Both the position numbers and the translations under genes were made by a program. The notes under the pieces are model-generated. The model was not told where the DNA came from. It ran no database searches and saw nothing but the letters and a program-made list of their open reading frames with translations. A stretch of DNA of 64,000 nucleotides, taken from assembly GCF_009914755.1 (NCBI RefSeq), contig NC_060926.1; one strand, given 5' to 3'. Below are positions 1 through 13,049 of the stretch, piece after piece. Each line of letters opens with the position of its first letter. Positions within the stretch are counted from its first letter, which is position 1. Origin of the DNA: the human T2T-CHM13v2.0 reference genome, Homo sapiens.

Positions 1-120
1 GCAGAGGTTGCAGTGAGCTGAGATGGTGCCACTGCAGTCCAGGCTGGGTAACAGATCGTGCTATTGCACACTGCACTCCAGCCTCCACAGAGGGAGACTC
101 TGTCTGAAAAAAAAAAAAAA
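1..120 (+). mobile_element. Alu right arm (cut by window edge) with internal duplication
   Basis: gcagaggttgcagtgagctgagat...gagactctgtct + poly-A. Confidence 0.9.
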
Positions 121-254
121 TACAATGTCGGAAACATTTTGCACAAATGCATAATTGTCCTTCTGAAAATGCCAAAAACACGTTCTTTGAGAAACCCCAG
201 AAGAGAGATTGGTAAGGAAGCAATTGCAAATCTACTGGGAAAATGAAGACTGAA

Positions 255-530
255 CCAGAGCAGTGGCAAAGCCTCCAGGGGAGAGAATGGGTTGAAGGAT
301 GATTTATGGGGTAGTCTCCACAGGACTTGGTCTCAGTTGGATGATCAGGGTAAGCAAGAGAGAGGAGTCAATGAAGATTCCCGAGGATGTGGTATGAGCA
401 GCTGGGTGGCTGTTTCATCCAAGATAGAAATACAGAAGCAGGTCTACATAGGTAGGAAATGTTAATTTAGTTTAGAACATTGTGAATTTGAGGTCGCTGT
501 GGGGAGATTGTATGGGGATGCCCAGCAAAC
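255..530 (-). mobile_element. L2 fragment
   Basis: Purine-rich antisense L2 signature (gagaggagtcaatgaagattcc...tttagaacattgtgaatttgagg). Confidence 0.65.
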
Positions 531-1651
531 CAAGAGTTTCTGCACATGTAAGAAACAGGTATGGAAAAAATTCACACATGAGAGACAGGGAACAGGCAGG
601 CTTAGAAACCACTCATGGCCTACATGTTCAGATGGATTAGTAGCATCTGAGGGAAATGCTCCAGCAACACACACAGACCCCTGGTTCCTAAGCCAGCCAT
701 GGTTCCCCAAGGCAGCTTACCTGGGACCTTGAGAATCCAGCATGTGGAGAGTCTGGGCTGATCTTGACTCTCCATGTGGGCCCTCCCTGATATGGAGCTG
801 AACCAAACCTTGGCAAGCCGAGTAAAAATTCAGTAACACTGGAGCCTTCACAACCCATGTCTCTCCTGGGGAAAACAGCAGAGATTAGGAAAGACAGTGA
901 AACCAACTTATCATCAAGTTCTATCACATGTGCATGGGTGGCCACAACTATGGGATCTCACTTAATGTCATCAAGGACATGAACTTGATATGGATTATGA
1001 TTTTTTCAGTGTTATACGAAATCCTCAGCAAATTCACCTTCATCTTCTCCCTACCTACAGACTACTGCATCTAGCTCCTTCAGCAACAAAAATCTGGGCT
1101 GCCACCAACCCCATCACTGATGCTTCCTGGAGCCCATATTCTTGTCCTGAAGCCTTGCCAGGGATGTGATGTTGAGTCCAAGCAGGAAGGGTTCTCAGAA
1201 CATTCCTCTTGGCTGAAAGAGACTGGACTGTGACTGGCTGTCAGGCCATGATTTAGTGGGTAGCAATGTGCCCCCTGCCTCTGCCTTCCTAAGAAATTCT
1301 ACTCAGTATCGTTCAGGAGGAAAATTGCTCTGTTCATTTCTTTTGTTTCTGCTCACATATTCTTCCGCTGGCTTTGGAGCACTCTTGAGCTTTTCCTTCT
1401 TTTCCCCTGTTCAGTAGTCTCCCTTACAGGCGAAGGATTGAGTCCTAAGACTCACTTTCTCCTTTCCGTGATGGTAACTACTCTCTCTCCAATGTCAAAC
1501 CAGGGAAGAGACCCACGATTTAAGACAGGCCTTGCTGAGTCATTCACAGAGGGCTTTCCAAAGGGAGTAGCACTTATGCCAAATGGGTGAGATCAAACCA
1601 CTTCTGGCGCTCTCGGCTTTCATTTTTCTTTCTTTTCAAAACATCTTTGTT

Positions 1652-1843
1652 CAGTTTTTCAAAATGCAGTTCTCTTACCACCTGTGTCCAATTGTCCTGG
1701 GACTCCTGTGAAAATTGCAAATTCCTGTGCTTCACCCCAGACCAGACCTATTCAATCCAATCTCTTGAGGGTGGAGCTTAAGACTCTCCAGGTTAAACAA
1801 GCACTCAAGCAGATTCCTAAGTACACAAGATTTGAGAACTGTT
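1652..1843 (+). mobile_element. MER5A-like hAT-Charlie MITE
   Basis: cagtttttcaaa...tgcaaattc...ccccagacc...tttgagaactg, with degenerate TIRs. Confidence 0.7.
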
Positions 1844-2112
1844 ATAGGCTGAGAATTTTGATAATAAATTAACATCTGGTTTTATTTAATTCAGCCTCAA
1901 AATCTCTCAGACTAGTGCAAGGCTGGAATTTTTCTCTTCTTTTCTTTCCTTTTTTTTTTCTTATTTTCTTTCTTTTCTTTTCTTCTTAACAGCAAAAGGA
2001 TTTCTTCAAATGTGATCTCAGCCAGAGCTGCTCTGGCTGGGGAGGGAAGAGGTAAGGATTGGTGCTCCACCCTCCGATTTCCACCTTAGCAAACTTTCTC
2101 TCTTCCTGGCCC

Positions 2113-2260
2113 TGAAAAGCACAGATTTAGGGATTTGATAGGCCTGGTTTGAATCAAACACTCATCACTCATTTAGCTGAGCAAAGTGACCTTGGACAAG
2201 TTATCAAACTAATGTTCTTCCTATAAATTTGGAACCATTAATAATAGCTAACACAGAGAG
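2113..2260 (+). mobile_element. MIR
   Basis: Core cctggtttgaatc...gtgaccttggacaagtta. Confidence 0.65.
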
Positions 2261-2537
2261 TTCTCTCCAGCATGCCCTTGACCTGAATGCATTCCCTTGG
2301 TTGGCTGGGTACCAAGGCCCATCAGACTGGAGCCCTCAGCTTTTGTCTCCTCAGTAGAGAAAAAGGTGGGGGCATAGCCTCAATCAAATACTGTTTAGTT
2401 AGATTTCTGCCACGTCAAAAGTTTATTCCCTATAAAATTCTGTCCCTACAATTGCCAGCATTTCACATCTTTTCTGATAAGTTGGCCTAAGGAATGTTGG
2501 TGCCATTGGCTAAAATCTAGTGGCTAGTAATTGGCTG

Positions 2538-2840
2538 TTTTTTTTCTTTTTTTTTTTGAGACAGGGTCTCTTTCTGTCACCCAGGCTTGAGTGCAGCGGC
2601 ACAATCATGGCTCACTGCAGACTCAAACTCCCAGCCTCAGGCAATGCTCCTGCCTCAGCCTCCTGAGTAGTTGGGATCACAGGCACATGCCACCACACAC
2701 AGCTAATTTTTTAAAAATGATTTGTAGAGATGGAGGTCTTTCTATGTTGCCCAGGCTGGTCTTGAACTCCTGGGTTCAAGCAATCGTCTTGCCTTGACCT
2801 CCCAAAGTGCTGGGATTACAGGCATGAGCCACCATGCCCA
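2538..2840 (-). mobile_element. Alu (AluJ-like)
   Basis: poly-T, gagacagggtctc...gctgggattacaggcatgagcc. Confidence 0.92.
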
Positions 2841-3755
2841 TAAAACTTTCTTAAATAAATACTAATCAATAGTGTCCAAAACACTTTTCTCTAAAAATAA
2901 AAAAACTTGTTTCAAAGCATTTGCTAAGACAGTATGTTGCTGCAATTTTTCCAAAACGTCAATGAAGAAATCACTTTATCACTATCAAAAAGTGAGTGGT
3001 GTGTTTTACAACTAATACAAGTGACATGGCTACCCTGTGAGGGATTATTTCTAAAGTGTGTTACTGGAGAGTTATTTCTGGACCTGCAGCTCACTCATAC
3101 CAACAGCGTTAATACTCATTCATACCTCAGCGTTAAAGCTGAGAGCATGCACATGGCAAGCCTGGGCTGACACCTAAGTACTGTTCTCTTTTTCCTTTGG
3201 GCAAGTGAAAGGCAGAAAATACAACCTAAGTCATTAATTTCTAAGATCTAAGTTTTAGTTAGTTGTTCAATCTTTTCATCCTTTTTAAAAAGACTATCAA
3301 GAGATCTGTTGATGATTTCTTGTATAATTTAATTCATTTTTTGTTACATTTTTAAAATCACAAGTGCATCTTTGCTAATAATTTCAAGGGATATAAACAT
3401 GTTCAAGCACTTTATACAGATCAAGCGATTATTTTTCCTGCAAATTTAATTTTGAATGGTAATATAGGGTTTTATTTGGCTATTTTTTTAAAAACACACA
3501 CACACACAAATTACATATCATAGTTGACTAACAGCATAGAAAACACTTGGTTTGTTTCCATACAACATTCCAGAGTTCATCCAAAAAAATGTTTGCATGA
3601 GATTTCCTCGGCTTTGGTGTCCCGAGGGCAGGAAGAATGTGCCCTCATTGCCTCGCAGAGCTCCCAGCCTAGTAGTAACTCAACATATATTTACTAAACA
3701 GGATGAAGGAAGGGTTAATAATGAATACATGATGAAGCAAAGTAAATAGGCCTCA

Positions 3756-4091
<336 letters not shown>

Positions 4092-4424
4092 GGTGGATAG
4101 CCTGCCTGCTGTGGTGATCAAGCCTTATTCTAACCTGTTTTGTTGTAACTAGCTCAGATTTCACTACATGCTTGGGAAGAGGCAAGGGCTTAGAAACAGA
4201 AAATCTTAGACCGACTATGCAAGGAAGCCCTCACTGTATTCACAGACAGTGCTATCTCTGAGACATCTGAAAGACAGTCCTTGAAATTTGAGGAAATGGA
4301 CCATGGTTCCTTAGTGACTTCAGCCTGAAAGACTAATCCCAACCCCAAGTAGTGAGCGCAAAGGTATTTGATGAACTTCAGCTGTCCTAACAGGAATATT
4401 TGCTTCAGAAATATTATCACCTGG

Positions 4425-4537
4425 ATCCTGTTATGATTCATAAGCATGATGACTGAGTTTTCACACTCCTGTGTGAGATGTGCCTCCCTCTAACCTTATT
4501 ACAACATTGACATCTTACTCATTTGACATGAAAAAAA
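4425..4537 (+). pseudogene. U13 (SNORD13) C/D snoRNA retrocopy with oligo-A tail
   Basis: atcctgttatgattcataagcATGATGActgag...tgtgtgagatgtgcctccct...ttactcatttgac is colinear with U13 as I recall it. A7 tail at 4531-4537; perfect 14-bp TSD aatattatcacctg at 4410-4423 and 4539-4552. Confidence 0.9.
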
Positions 4538-4724
4538 TAATATTATCACCTGAACTTCAAGTGTGACTCCAGCAGCTGCCATAAACTTCTCTCAACTCTG
4601 GATCTAGCTTGTAGGACTAAATTAACCATTTGTAGTTTCTGGGCAATGTAAGTAGGAAGTGGGTTTTGTTATTGTTATTATTATTATGCACACTTCCTAT
4701 AGTAAATATTTTTTGTTTTTGTTT

Positions 4725-5150
4725 TTTGAGCTCCTACACGTCTTGCTGGGTATACCAAGAATGCAAGGCCCTCAGCCCTCTTTACCCAGGACATTTCTCA
4801 GGTGTGGGTTTGCTGTGGCCAACCATAAGAGATGAGGTTGTGTCACTTGAAATAAAGAATAGGTGTGTTTATTGCTTCCCGTAAAAGCAGCATATTCCTT
4901 AAGCTCAGTGCTCCTTCACTGTGAAATGAACTTACTATGTGGGCACCATTCATCTGGGCCTGTGGTGTCACCCATCTGGGACTTGAGGACAAGGGGAACC
5001 TTTGCAAACATGCTGATGCTCACGCTATGTCATGAATAATAAAGTGCTTTGTCTCCAGCCCAAGAGTCTATGTCTTCTACCAGTGTTCATGAAACAAGAT
5101 GCTAACTTATTTACTTTTAAAGTAGGGTAAAATCAAGTCCCAGCTCCTTC
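4725..5150 (+). mobile_element. ERVL-class solo LTR (LTR40-like)
   Basis: tcttgctgggtataccaagaatgcaaggccc...aataaagtgctttgtctc...gctaactt...gtagggtaaaatc, a 3' end typical of this family. Subfamily from memory. Confidence 0.7.
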
Positions 5151-5996
5151 AATTTTGTGTTACTTTTATAATAGCAAATCAGTTGCTATGATTACAAAAT
5201 TAGAAAATATTCTTTTCTAACAAATTGTTATTTCCTTCCAAGATTCTCTTGGTAGCCATGATTAAAAAGCACTGATACGTTTCTCTAAACAAAAGACAAA
5301 AAATGGGATTCTAAGTCATTATATTTAATACTTCATTTCAGATTTTAAAAAATACTGTATTTCTCAAGCTCGTATTCCTCAGCTCTCAGCAAAATTCAGT
5401 TTTCTAGTAAAAATAATTCTCCTGCTTAGACTGAGGGTGGGCCCTGCAGCCATCTCTTTCCAAGGTTGGCATCTGCAGTGAGCTCCCCATCTAGCCTCAC
5501 ATATGCCTGATAGTGGGCACAGGTCTCTGTTCACACACTGTGCATTCCTCATCCCCATCCCTCATTATTCAATGGCAGCTAAAGCTGCTAATTTTCCTAG
5601 GTCCAGGGGCTTCAACCTTGCCTTCTCTAAACATTGACCTCTATCGTTTCTTCTTAGGGAGAAGCATCATCTTCTCAGAGTCCTAAAACTCATAAGCTCT
5701 GGACTTGGGTTAGAAGGTGGGTAGGAAGGAGGAACCCACCAACTCATATTTTTAGAAACTTGAAGGAGACCTGCCTAGGGATCAGCTTGGGGAATGCTAA
5801 AACCAATGAACCTCTATCTCAGCAAATTACTCTGTAACATCCATACTCAATGTTTTATTCCTCAACTCCTGTGCCCTCCCTAAAAGGTAAAGGTAATAAA
5901 TACATAAAAACTGGCAATAAATGGAAACTAAATAGTACCAACACTAAAAACTAAACAGTCCTCACACTAATGATATCATTCAAGTCTCTGGCACTA

Positions 5997-6741
5997 CAGT
6001 TGATCTTGAACAATATGGGGATTGGGACACCGACCCCCTCCCACACAGTTGAAAGTCTGTGTATAGGACGGGTGCGGTGGCTCACACCTGTAATCCCAGC
6101 ACTTTGAGAGGCTGAGGCAGGCAGATCACCTGAGGTCAGCAGTTTGAGACCAGCCTGACCAACATGGAGAAACCCCGTCTCTACAAAAAATACAAAATTA
6201 GCTGGGTGTGGTGACACATGCCTGTAATCCCAGCTACTCAGGAGGCTGAGGCAGAAGAATTGCTTGAACCCGGGAGGTGGAGGTTGCGGTGAGACGAGAT
6301 TGTGTGCCATTGCACTCCAACCTGGGCAACAAAAGTGAAACTCCATCTCAAAAAAAAAAAAAAGAAAAAGAAAAAAAGAAAATCTGTGTATAACTTTTGA
6401 CTCCCCAAAAACTTTACTAATAGCCTTACTGATAACATAAACAGTTAATTAACACATATTTCATGTTATAGGTATTATATATGGTATTCTTACAATAAAG
6501 TAAGCTAGGGAAAAGACAATGTGATTAAGAAAATCATAAGAGAAAACATATTTACAATTCATTAAGTGGAAATGGATCACTATAAAAGTCTTCATCTTCA
6601 TCGTCTTCATGTGGAGTAGGCTGAGGAGATGGAGGAAGCGGAGGGGTTAGTATTGCTGTCACAGGGGTGGCAGAGGGAGAAGAAAATTTGCATATAAGTG
6701 GACCCATACAGTTCAAAGAGTGATGTGGAAGGGAACAATTA
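5997..6741 (-). mobile_element. Tigger2a/MER28-like TcMar-Tigger element interrupted by an Alu
   Basis: TA-flanked cagttgatcttgaacaa TIR; internal cttttgactccccaaaa and attcattaagtggaaatggatca. Confidence 0.82.
6066..6377 (+). mobile_element. Alu (AluS) nested in Tigger2a
   Basis: Full dimer; TSD gaaagtctgtgtata (6051-6065) / gaaaatctgtgtata (6378-6392). Confidence 0.95.
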
Positions 6742-6809
6742 TATATCCAAAGGCCAGTTTTCAGCTTCCTCTGCCTGGGCATCTCAGGACATCTTTGGCT
6801 GTCAGCCAG

Positions 6810-7530
6810 CCCTCTCCAACCACCTCACTCTCATCAGCTTACTGCCTTCCCGACTCCCTTTGACTCTCTTTCAGACAGCTCCTTCTCTGCATCCCTGCTG
6901 CTCATTTCAACCACATATCCCTTAGAAGTTGCTGTTCTCCAGGGCTCTGTCCTGACCCCTTCCTCTCTCACACACAGCCCCTCCTGTGTGGCCTCATCCT
7001 GATGGCTCCACTTGCTGTCCCTCTTGCCCAGGTCTGTCTCCTCAACTTCAGGCTCACTTCCAGCCCTCTAGTGGACTTCTTTCCTTGCATGTGACAGACA
7101 TGCACCCTAAGCTCAATGTTTCCAGCACACATGCAGCCTGTTCCCACAAATCTGCTCCTTCTCCCATCCTCTATCTCACAGAAATGCCACCATCCACCAA
7201 ATTCCCAGGAAGGAGTCCGGGGGCTTCCCCCATAACCTGTCAATCACCAGGGCTTGTTAATTCCCTGTCCTCAGCGCCCACTTCTACCACCACTTCTCAT
7301 TCAGCCCCAGGCATCTGAGTCGAGAGCACTGTCACATCTTGCAGGGATCACTGCCTCTACCTCTTAAATTAGCTCCATAAGCTGCAGCTCCAGCCCATTC
7401 TCCACTCTGCAGTGACAGGAAACTTTCTGAGATGCAAGCCTGGCCTTGTCATTCTTTTTTAAAAAATTATCTGAACACTCCTCAGTGCCCTCCTGAAGAA
7501 GCTTACACTCATTATTATGACTTCCAAATT
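6810..7530 (+). mobile_element. L2 fragment
   Basis: ctccagggctctgtcctgaccccttcctct...ctcaatgtttcc...aaatgccaccatccacc. Confidence 0.72.
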
Positions 7531-8099
7531 CCCTCATTCCCTAAACCCAGCCCACCTCCCACCCTCATTTTCTGCTCAGGTAATATGCAAACAAATAAAG
7601 CAAGCTGGATTCCTGATTTTTAAGACTTACAGTTGAGCAGGGGAGGAAAATGAAAAAGCAGCAAACAAACCACTGAAAATATATCTATCATGTATGCTAA
7701 GTACTATGAAAATAGAAAACAGGAATAACAGGAGACTCCATTTGGAAGGGTGGTCAGGGAGTTCGATTTGCTATTTCTTGAGATTGAGAACCAGGAGGAG
7801 GAACAATCTAGGGAAAATTATAAGGATCTGCTTTTGGTAATAAGGATATCTGTAATGCTTTTTTAAAGTATTTGCTGCTGGTTTAAAAATATATGTATAT
7901 TGTTCAAAGCAGTAACCTTCAGCTTTCTACAAAACTTGTTGTCCAACATAATGAAGACTCCAGGATAACACAGTATTCTACTTCTGTCTTCTAACTGGAG
8001 TCTCATGCATGGGGTGAGAGGGGAGGGAAACATTCTCTAATTTATTCTGATTAGTCTTAACCTCTTCTGGCTTCCCTGGTTATATATATATAGTATTAT

Positions 8100-8430
8100 A
8101 TCCTCAAGACTCAGTTCAAGTCTCCTTTCTTCTGAGAAACTTTCCCAACTGACCTTGCCTGGGCAAAATGCATTCCCATGTGCTATGGCAGTCCACAGAA
8201 CACACATCCTCCCAGCAATTATCATTTTGTATTATAATGTTGTCTTCAGAGAAAATTATTTCTCTTTGTCCACTTCTGTGACTAGCTTATAGTAGGTACA
8301 CGTTATTTATCTGCTGACTATGTGGAACACCCAACACATGTACTGTGTGACCTTTGCCAAGTCATTGCTCTTCTGTAATCCTCAGTTTTCTCGCCATTCC
8401 AGAATAACACAGCCTACAACGTGGTGGTAA
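8100..8430 (+). mobile_element. L2 3' end followed by MIR core
   Basis: tcctcaagactcagttcaagtctcc...tagtaggta; then tgtgtgacctttgccaagtcatt...cctcagttttctc. Confidence 0.55.
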
Positions 8431-8616
8431 GGCTTAACTGAGTATTGATGTAGTCTTAGTAAGAATTGGGTTACTAAGCAAAATATGATGGCATATCAAA
8501 ACTTTCTATTTATGCTCCAATATTTCTTCTCCAGCTTATCAACTTGGGTGGGCAGTGCCAGGCATTCAATTGTAGAAAGAAACACTCTAAAGGGACTCTG
8601 TAGAAAAGCTACAGTG

Positions 8617-9905
8617 GATCCCCATCTTTTACCATGTATAAAAATCAACTCAAAATGGATTGACAACTTATAGGTAAGATCTGAAACTATGAAACCACTA
8701 GAAGAAAGCATTTGGGGGAAACACTACTGGACATTGGTCTGGGCAAAGATCTTTTGGGTAAGACCTCAAAAGCACAGGCAATAAAAACAAATATAGGCAA
8801 ATGGGATTACGTCAAACTAAAATGCTTCTGCATAGCAAAGGATACAATTAACAAAGTGAACAGACAACCTACAGAATTGGAGAAAATCGGAACTCAAGTC
8901 AATAGCAAAAAAAAAAAAATCCCACAAATAATCCAATTTTAAAATGGGCAAAAGACATGCATAGACATTTCTCAAAGAATATATACAAATGGCCAACAAA
9001 TATATGAAAAAATGCTCAAAATCACTATTCATCAGAAAAATGTAAACCAAAACCACAATGAGATATCATCTCACCTCAGTTAGAATGCTTATTATCAAAA
9101 AGACAAAAAATAATGGATGCTGGTGAGGATGCAGAGAAAAAGGGAATCCCAGTGCTGTTGGTGGATGGTACAGCACTGTGGAGAAGAGTATGCAGGTTCC
9201 TCAACAAACTAAAAACAGAACTATCATAAAATCCCATAATCCTTCTGCTGGGTGTATAACCAAAAGAAAAAAGATTAATATATCAAAGAGATATCTGCAC
9301 TCCCATGTTTATTGCATCACTATTCACAATAATCAAGATATAGAATAAGCTTAAGTGTCCATCAATGGATGTATGAATAAAGAAAATGTGATATACATAC
9401 ACAATGGAACTCTATTCAGTCATGAAAAAGAATAAAATTATCTCATTTGCAGCAACATGAATGGAACTGAAGGTTATTATATTAAGTAAAATAATCCAGG
9501 CAGAGAAGTACAAATATCGCATATTATCACCATATGTGGGAGCTAAAAAGGTGGGTCTCATCGAGGTAGTGCATAGACTGGTGGTTATCAGAAGCTGGGG
9601 GGGTGTATGTGTGTTGAGGGAGCAGGGAGACACAGATAAGTTGGTTGAGGGGTATAAAAATACATTTATATAGAAGGGATAAGTTCTAGTATTCAATAGC
9701 ACAGTGGAGAAACTACAGTTAACAATAATTTACTGTATATTTCAAAATGGCTAGAAGAGAATTGTAATGTTCCCAACATAAAGGTAAATGTTTGAGTTGA
9801 CGGACATCCCAACCACCCTGATATGATCATTACAGGTTGTATAAGTGTATCAAAATATCACATGTATCCCCAAAATATATACTATGATGTCCCAATTTTT
9901 AAAAG
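8617..9905 (+). mobile_element. L1MA-type LINE-1 3' portion (ORF2 end + 3'UTR)
   Basis: aaaatcaactcaaaatggatt..., gagatatcatctcacctcagttagaatg; ORFs 8712..8942 and 9461..9673 are L1 ORF2 remnants. Confidence 0.9.
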
Positions 9906-10879
9906 AAAGGAAAGAGAGAGACTTTTTAATAAGGGAAGAAAGAGAAAAGCTAGAGGGGACCTAGACCGTCCAGCGTTGCTGTGTGGTGCTGTGGCCACCA
10001 GAGGACAGCCTAACCACACATGCTGTGGAACTCTGCCTTCCAGAGCCCTGAGGGTGCAATGTTTTCCACACAGCTGAGAAACAATTTTCTTTCTTCCAGC
10101 CACGTGGAGGAAAATCATTGTCAAATATATTACATTATCTCCTACCCATTATAAGTTGATTGTTATAACTGTTTCCTGTGAGTTAGTCTCACCATTTTCT
10201 GTCATTGTAGGTATCTGCTTAATATGAAATCAATGCATCTTTTTAGTCATTTTGTAGAGAAAAATGCAAAGGAAGTTGGCCAGTGCCCAGCCAGAAAAGG
10301 AAAGAGCCTTAGCCAAGTAATTTGGGGAATTTCCAGGCCCACTGATGAGTCCATTCTGGTGCAGACATAAATGAAGGAAGTTGTAGACAACAGTTGTCAA
10401 GTTCTCTGATTCCATTGATGAAATCCTCCCTAATAGGAGACTTAGCTTGTTGCCAATAAACACTTGAAACCTATATTAAACTCCCTTTGTTCCATGTTCA
10501 TCAAGCAACCCCTTCCATATGTGACATTAAATTTTGCCTTCCGAGAGAGAAAGTCGTGGTCACAAAGACATAAATGTTCTGGTATTCTGGTCAGCATATT
10601 ATTTTTTGTTCACTTATAAGTTAATAAACTAGCATTTAGTTTTGTCATATCAATTTCAAAAATTTGGTTCATGTAAGTCTGCCCTAAATGATGTATCTAT
10701 TTAATGCTGTGCTGAAAATCAGGTTCTGGGCTTCCAAAATCAAAAGTCAGACCCAAGGCCATGACAAATTCTCCAAAGTCAATATTATCTGTGAGGCCTT
10801 GAAGTATATATTTTGCCTGGATGAAGGAACTTCATGTTGCCACATAAGCTCACCCCCACCACACATACACTCCTTTATT

Positions 10880-11215
10880 CACTATCTATTACTATTTAAT
10901 AAATTGCTCCTAAATTAAGCAGCTTAAAACAACAAACATTTATTATTGTACGGTTCTGTGGGTCAGAAATCCAGAAGTGGCTTAGCTGAGTGATTTTGAC
11001 TCCAGGTCTTTCACAATGCTGCAATCAAGAGGTTGGCTGGGGCTATAGTCAACTCAAGGCTCAACTAAGGGAAGGTCTGCTTGCCAGCTCATTCCTGTGG
11101 CAAGAAGCAGCCTTGCTGGCTGATGGCTGGGGACATTGGTTCCTTGCCATATGGACCTTTCCATAGGGCAGCTCATAACAGGTACCTGGCTTCCCTCAGA
11201 GTGAAGCAAAGGAAG
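10880..11215 (-). mobile_element. MLT1-type MaLR LTR fragment
   Basis: gcagcttaaaacaacaaacatttatt...ttctgtgggtcagaaatcc...ggcttagctgagtg. Confidence 0.78.
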
Positions 11216-11244
11216 TAAGAACTATCATAGTCAGTGCATTTGTG

Positions 11245-11563
11245 TTTTTATTTTATTTTTTTAAATTTATTTTATTTATTTTTTCGAGATGGAGTCTTGC
11301 TCTGTCGCCCAGGCTGGCATGCTAGTGGCGCGATCTCGGCTCACTGCCACCTCCGCCTCCTAGGTTCAAGTGATTCTCCTGCCTCAGCCTCCTAAGTAGC
11401 TGGGATTACAGGTACGCCACCATGCCCTGCTAATTTTTGTATGTTTAGTAGAGACGGGGTTTCACCATGTTGGTCAGGCTGGTCTCAAACTCCTGACCTT
11501 GTGATCTGCCTGCCTCGGCCTCCCAAAGTGCTGGGATTACAGGTGTGAGCCACCACGCTCAGC
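11245..11563 (-). mobile_element. Alu (AluS)
   Basis: (TTTTA)n tail, gagatggagtcttgctctgtcgccc...gtgagccacc. Confidence 0.94.
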
Positions 11564-11734
11564 TGTGTTTTTAAAATAGTGTATTGATTTTCATTGTAAA
11601 ACCAAAATGTACCTATTACAGAAAATGTAGCTAGAAAAATTGCAAAAGCAGGGAACACGCTTAATCTCACCACTCCATCTATGCTTTGTGATACTTAATC
11701 ATAAATTCTATGTCTAGGTGAATGTCCAGAAGAG

Positions 11735-12565
11735 TATGCCCTAGGCTTTATTCTAGGATTTTTGTAGTTTGAGGTCGTACATGTAAGTCTTTAACTCATT
11801 TGGAGTTAATTTTTGTATGTGGTGAGAGGTAGTGGTCTAGTTTCATTCTTTGGCATATGGTCAGCCAGTTTTCCCAGCACCGTTTATCGAATAGGATGTC
11901 ATCTCCCCACTGCTAATTTTTGTAGACTGTTGAAGATTAGTTGGTTGTAGGTATGCGGCTTTATTTGTAGGTTCTCTATTGTGTTCCATTGGCCTGTTTG
12001 TTTCTTTTTGTACCAGTACCATGCTGTTTTGGATACTGTAGCCTTGTAGTATAGTGTGAAGTCAGATCATGTCATTCCTCCTGCTTTACTCTTTTTGCTC
12101 AGGATTGCTTTGGCTATTTGGACTCTTTTTGGTTCCACATGAATTTTAGAATTGTTTTTTTTTCTAGTTCTGTGAAAAATGATAGTAATTTAATAGGAAT
12201 GTCGTTGAATATGTAAATTGCTTTGAGCAATATGGACATTTTAGTGACATTGATTCTTCCAATCCATGAGCATGGGATGTTTTTCCATTTGTTTGTGTCA
12301 TCTATAATTTATTTCAGCAGTGTTTTGTAGTTCTTGTTGTAGAGATTTCATCTCCTTGATTAGGTGTATTCCTAGGTATTTTATGTTTTTGGTGGCTATT
12401 GTAAATGGGACTGCATTCTTGATTTGGTTCTCAGCTTGAACACTGTTGGTGAATAGACATACTACTGATTTTTGCATATTAATTTTGTATCCTGAAACTT
12501 TACTGAAGTTGTTTATCAGGTCTAGGCGTCTTTTGGTAGCATCTTTACGGTTTTCTAGGAATAGG
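11735..12565 (-). mobile_element. LINE-1 ORF2 fragment (old primate L1P)
   Basis: Antisense ORF2: ccagttttcccagcac, tttgtaccagtaccatgctgttttgg, ttcttccaatccatgagcatggga. Confidence 0.9.
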
Positions 12566-12664
12566 AGATTCTTTTTTTGGATGTGTTAATACATGAATCA
12601 GATTATAGTTTCCTCTTGCTGGCATCTTTAAAATAAGTTTTACAAAAAGCTTTTTTTTTTAATT

Positions 12665-12801
12665 AGGTGAAGGATATGTTAATTAGCTAAACTGTGATAA
12701 TCATTTCACATTGCATACATATATCAAATCATCATGTTGTACACCTTAAATATATACAAATTTTTATCTTTCAATCATGTCTCAGTAAAGTTGGAAAAAA
12801 A
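12665..12801 (+). mobile_element. L1M 3' terminus
   Basis: ggatatgttaattagct...catgttgtacaccttaaatatatac...taaagttggaaaaaa. Confidence 0.75.
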
Positions 12802-13049
12802 GAATTTTATTATGATCTATACATTTATCTGCAAACTTTATGCATTATCACAATTTAATCCTTATACCAACCCAATGAGGTAGGCATACCTCTATCCTAT
12901 TACCCATGAAGAAGAAAAGGCAGAGATGGGAACCTCTCTCAAAGACTCCAGTTAGTACATTTCAGAAATTTTTTTTACTGACTCTACCTCACAAATAGAT
13001 GGAGAGACAGAAAAAAAAATACCACTTTCTATCTCTATTGCCTCTACCT

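Noticed and set aside
5951-6346. 131-aa ORF and similar ORFs at 15008..15376, 39022..39372, 42381..42641 and 47008..47259
   Set aside because: These are standard Alu translations (…[14 protein letters not shown]…), with no independent coding evidence.
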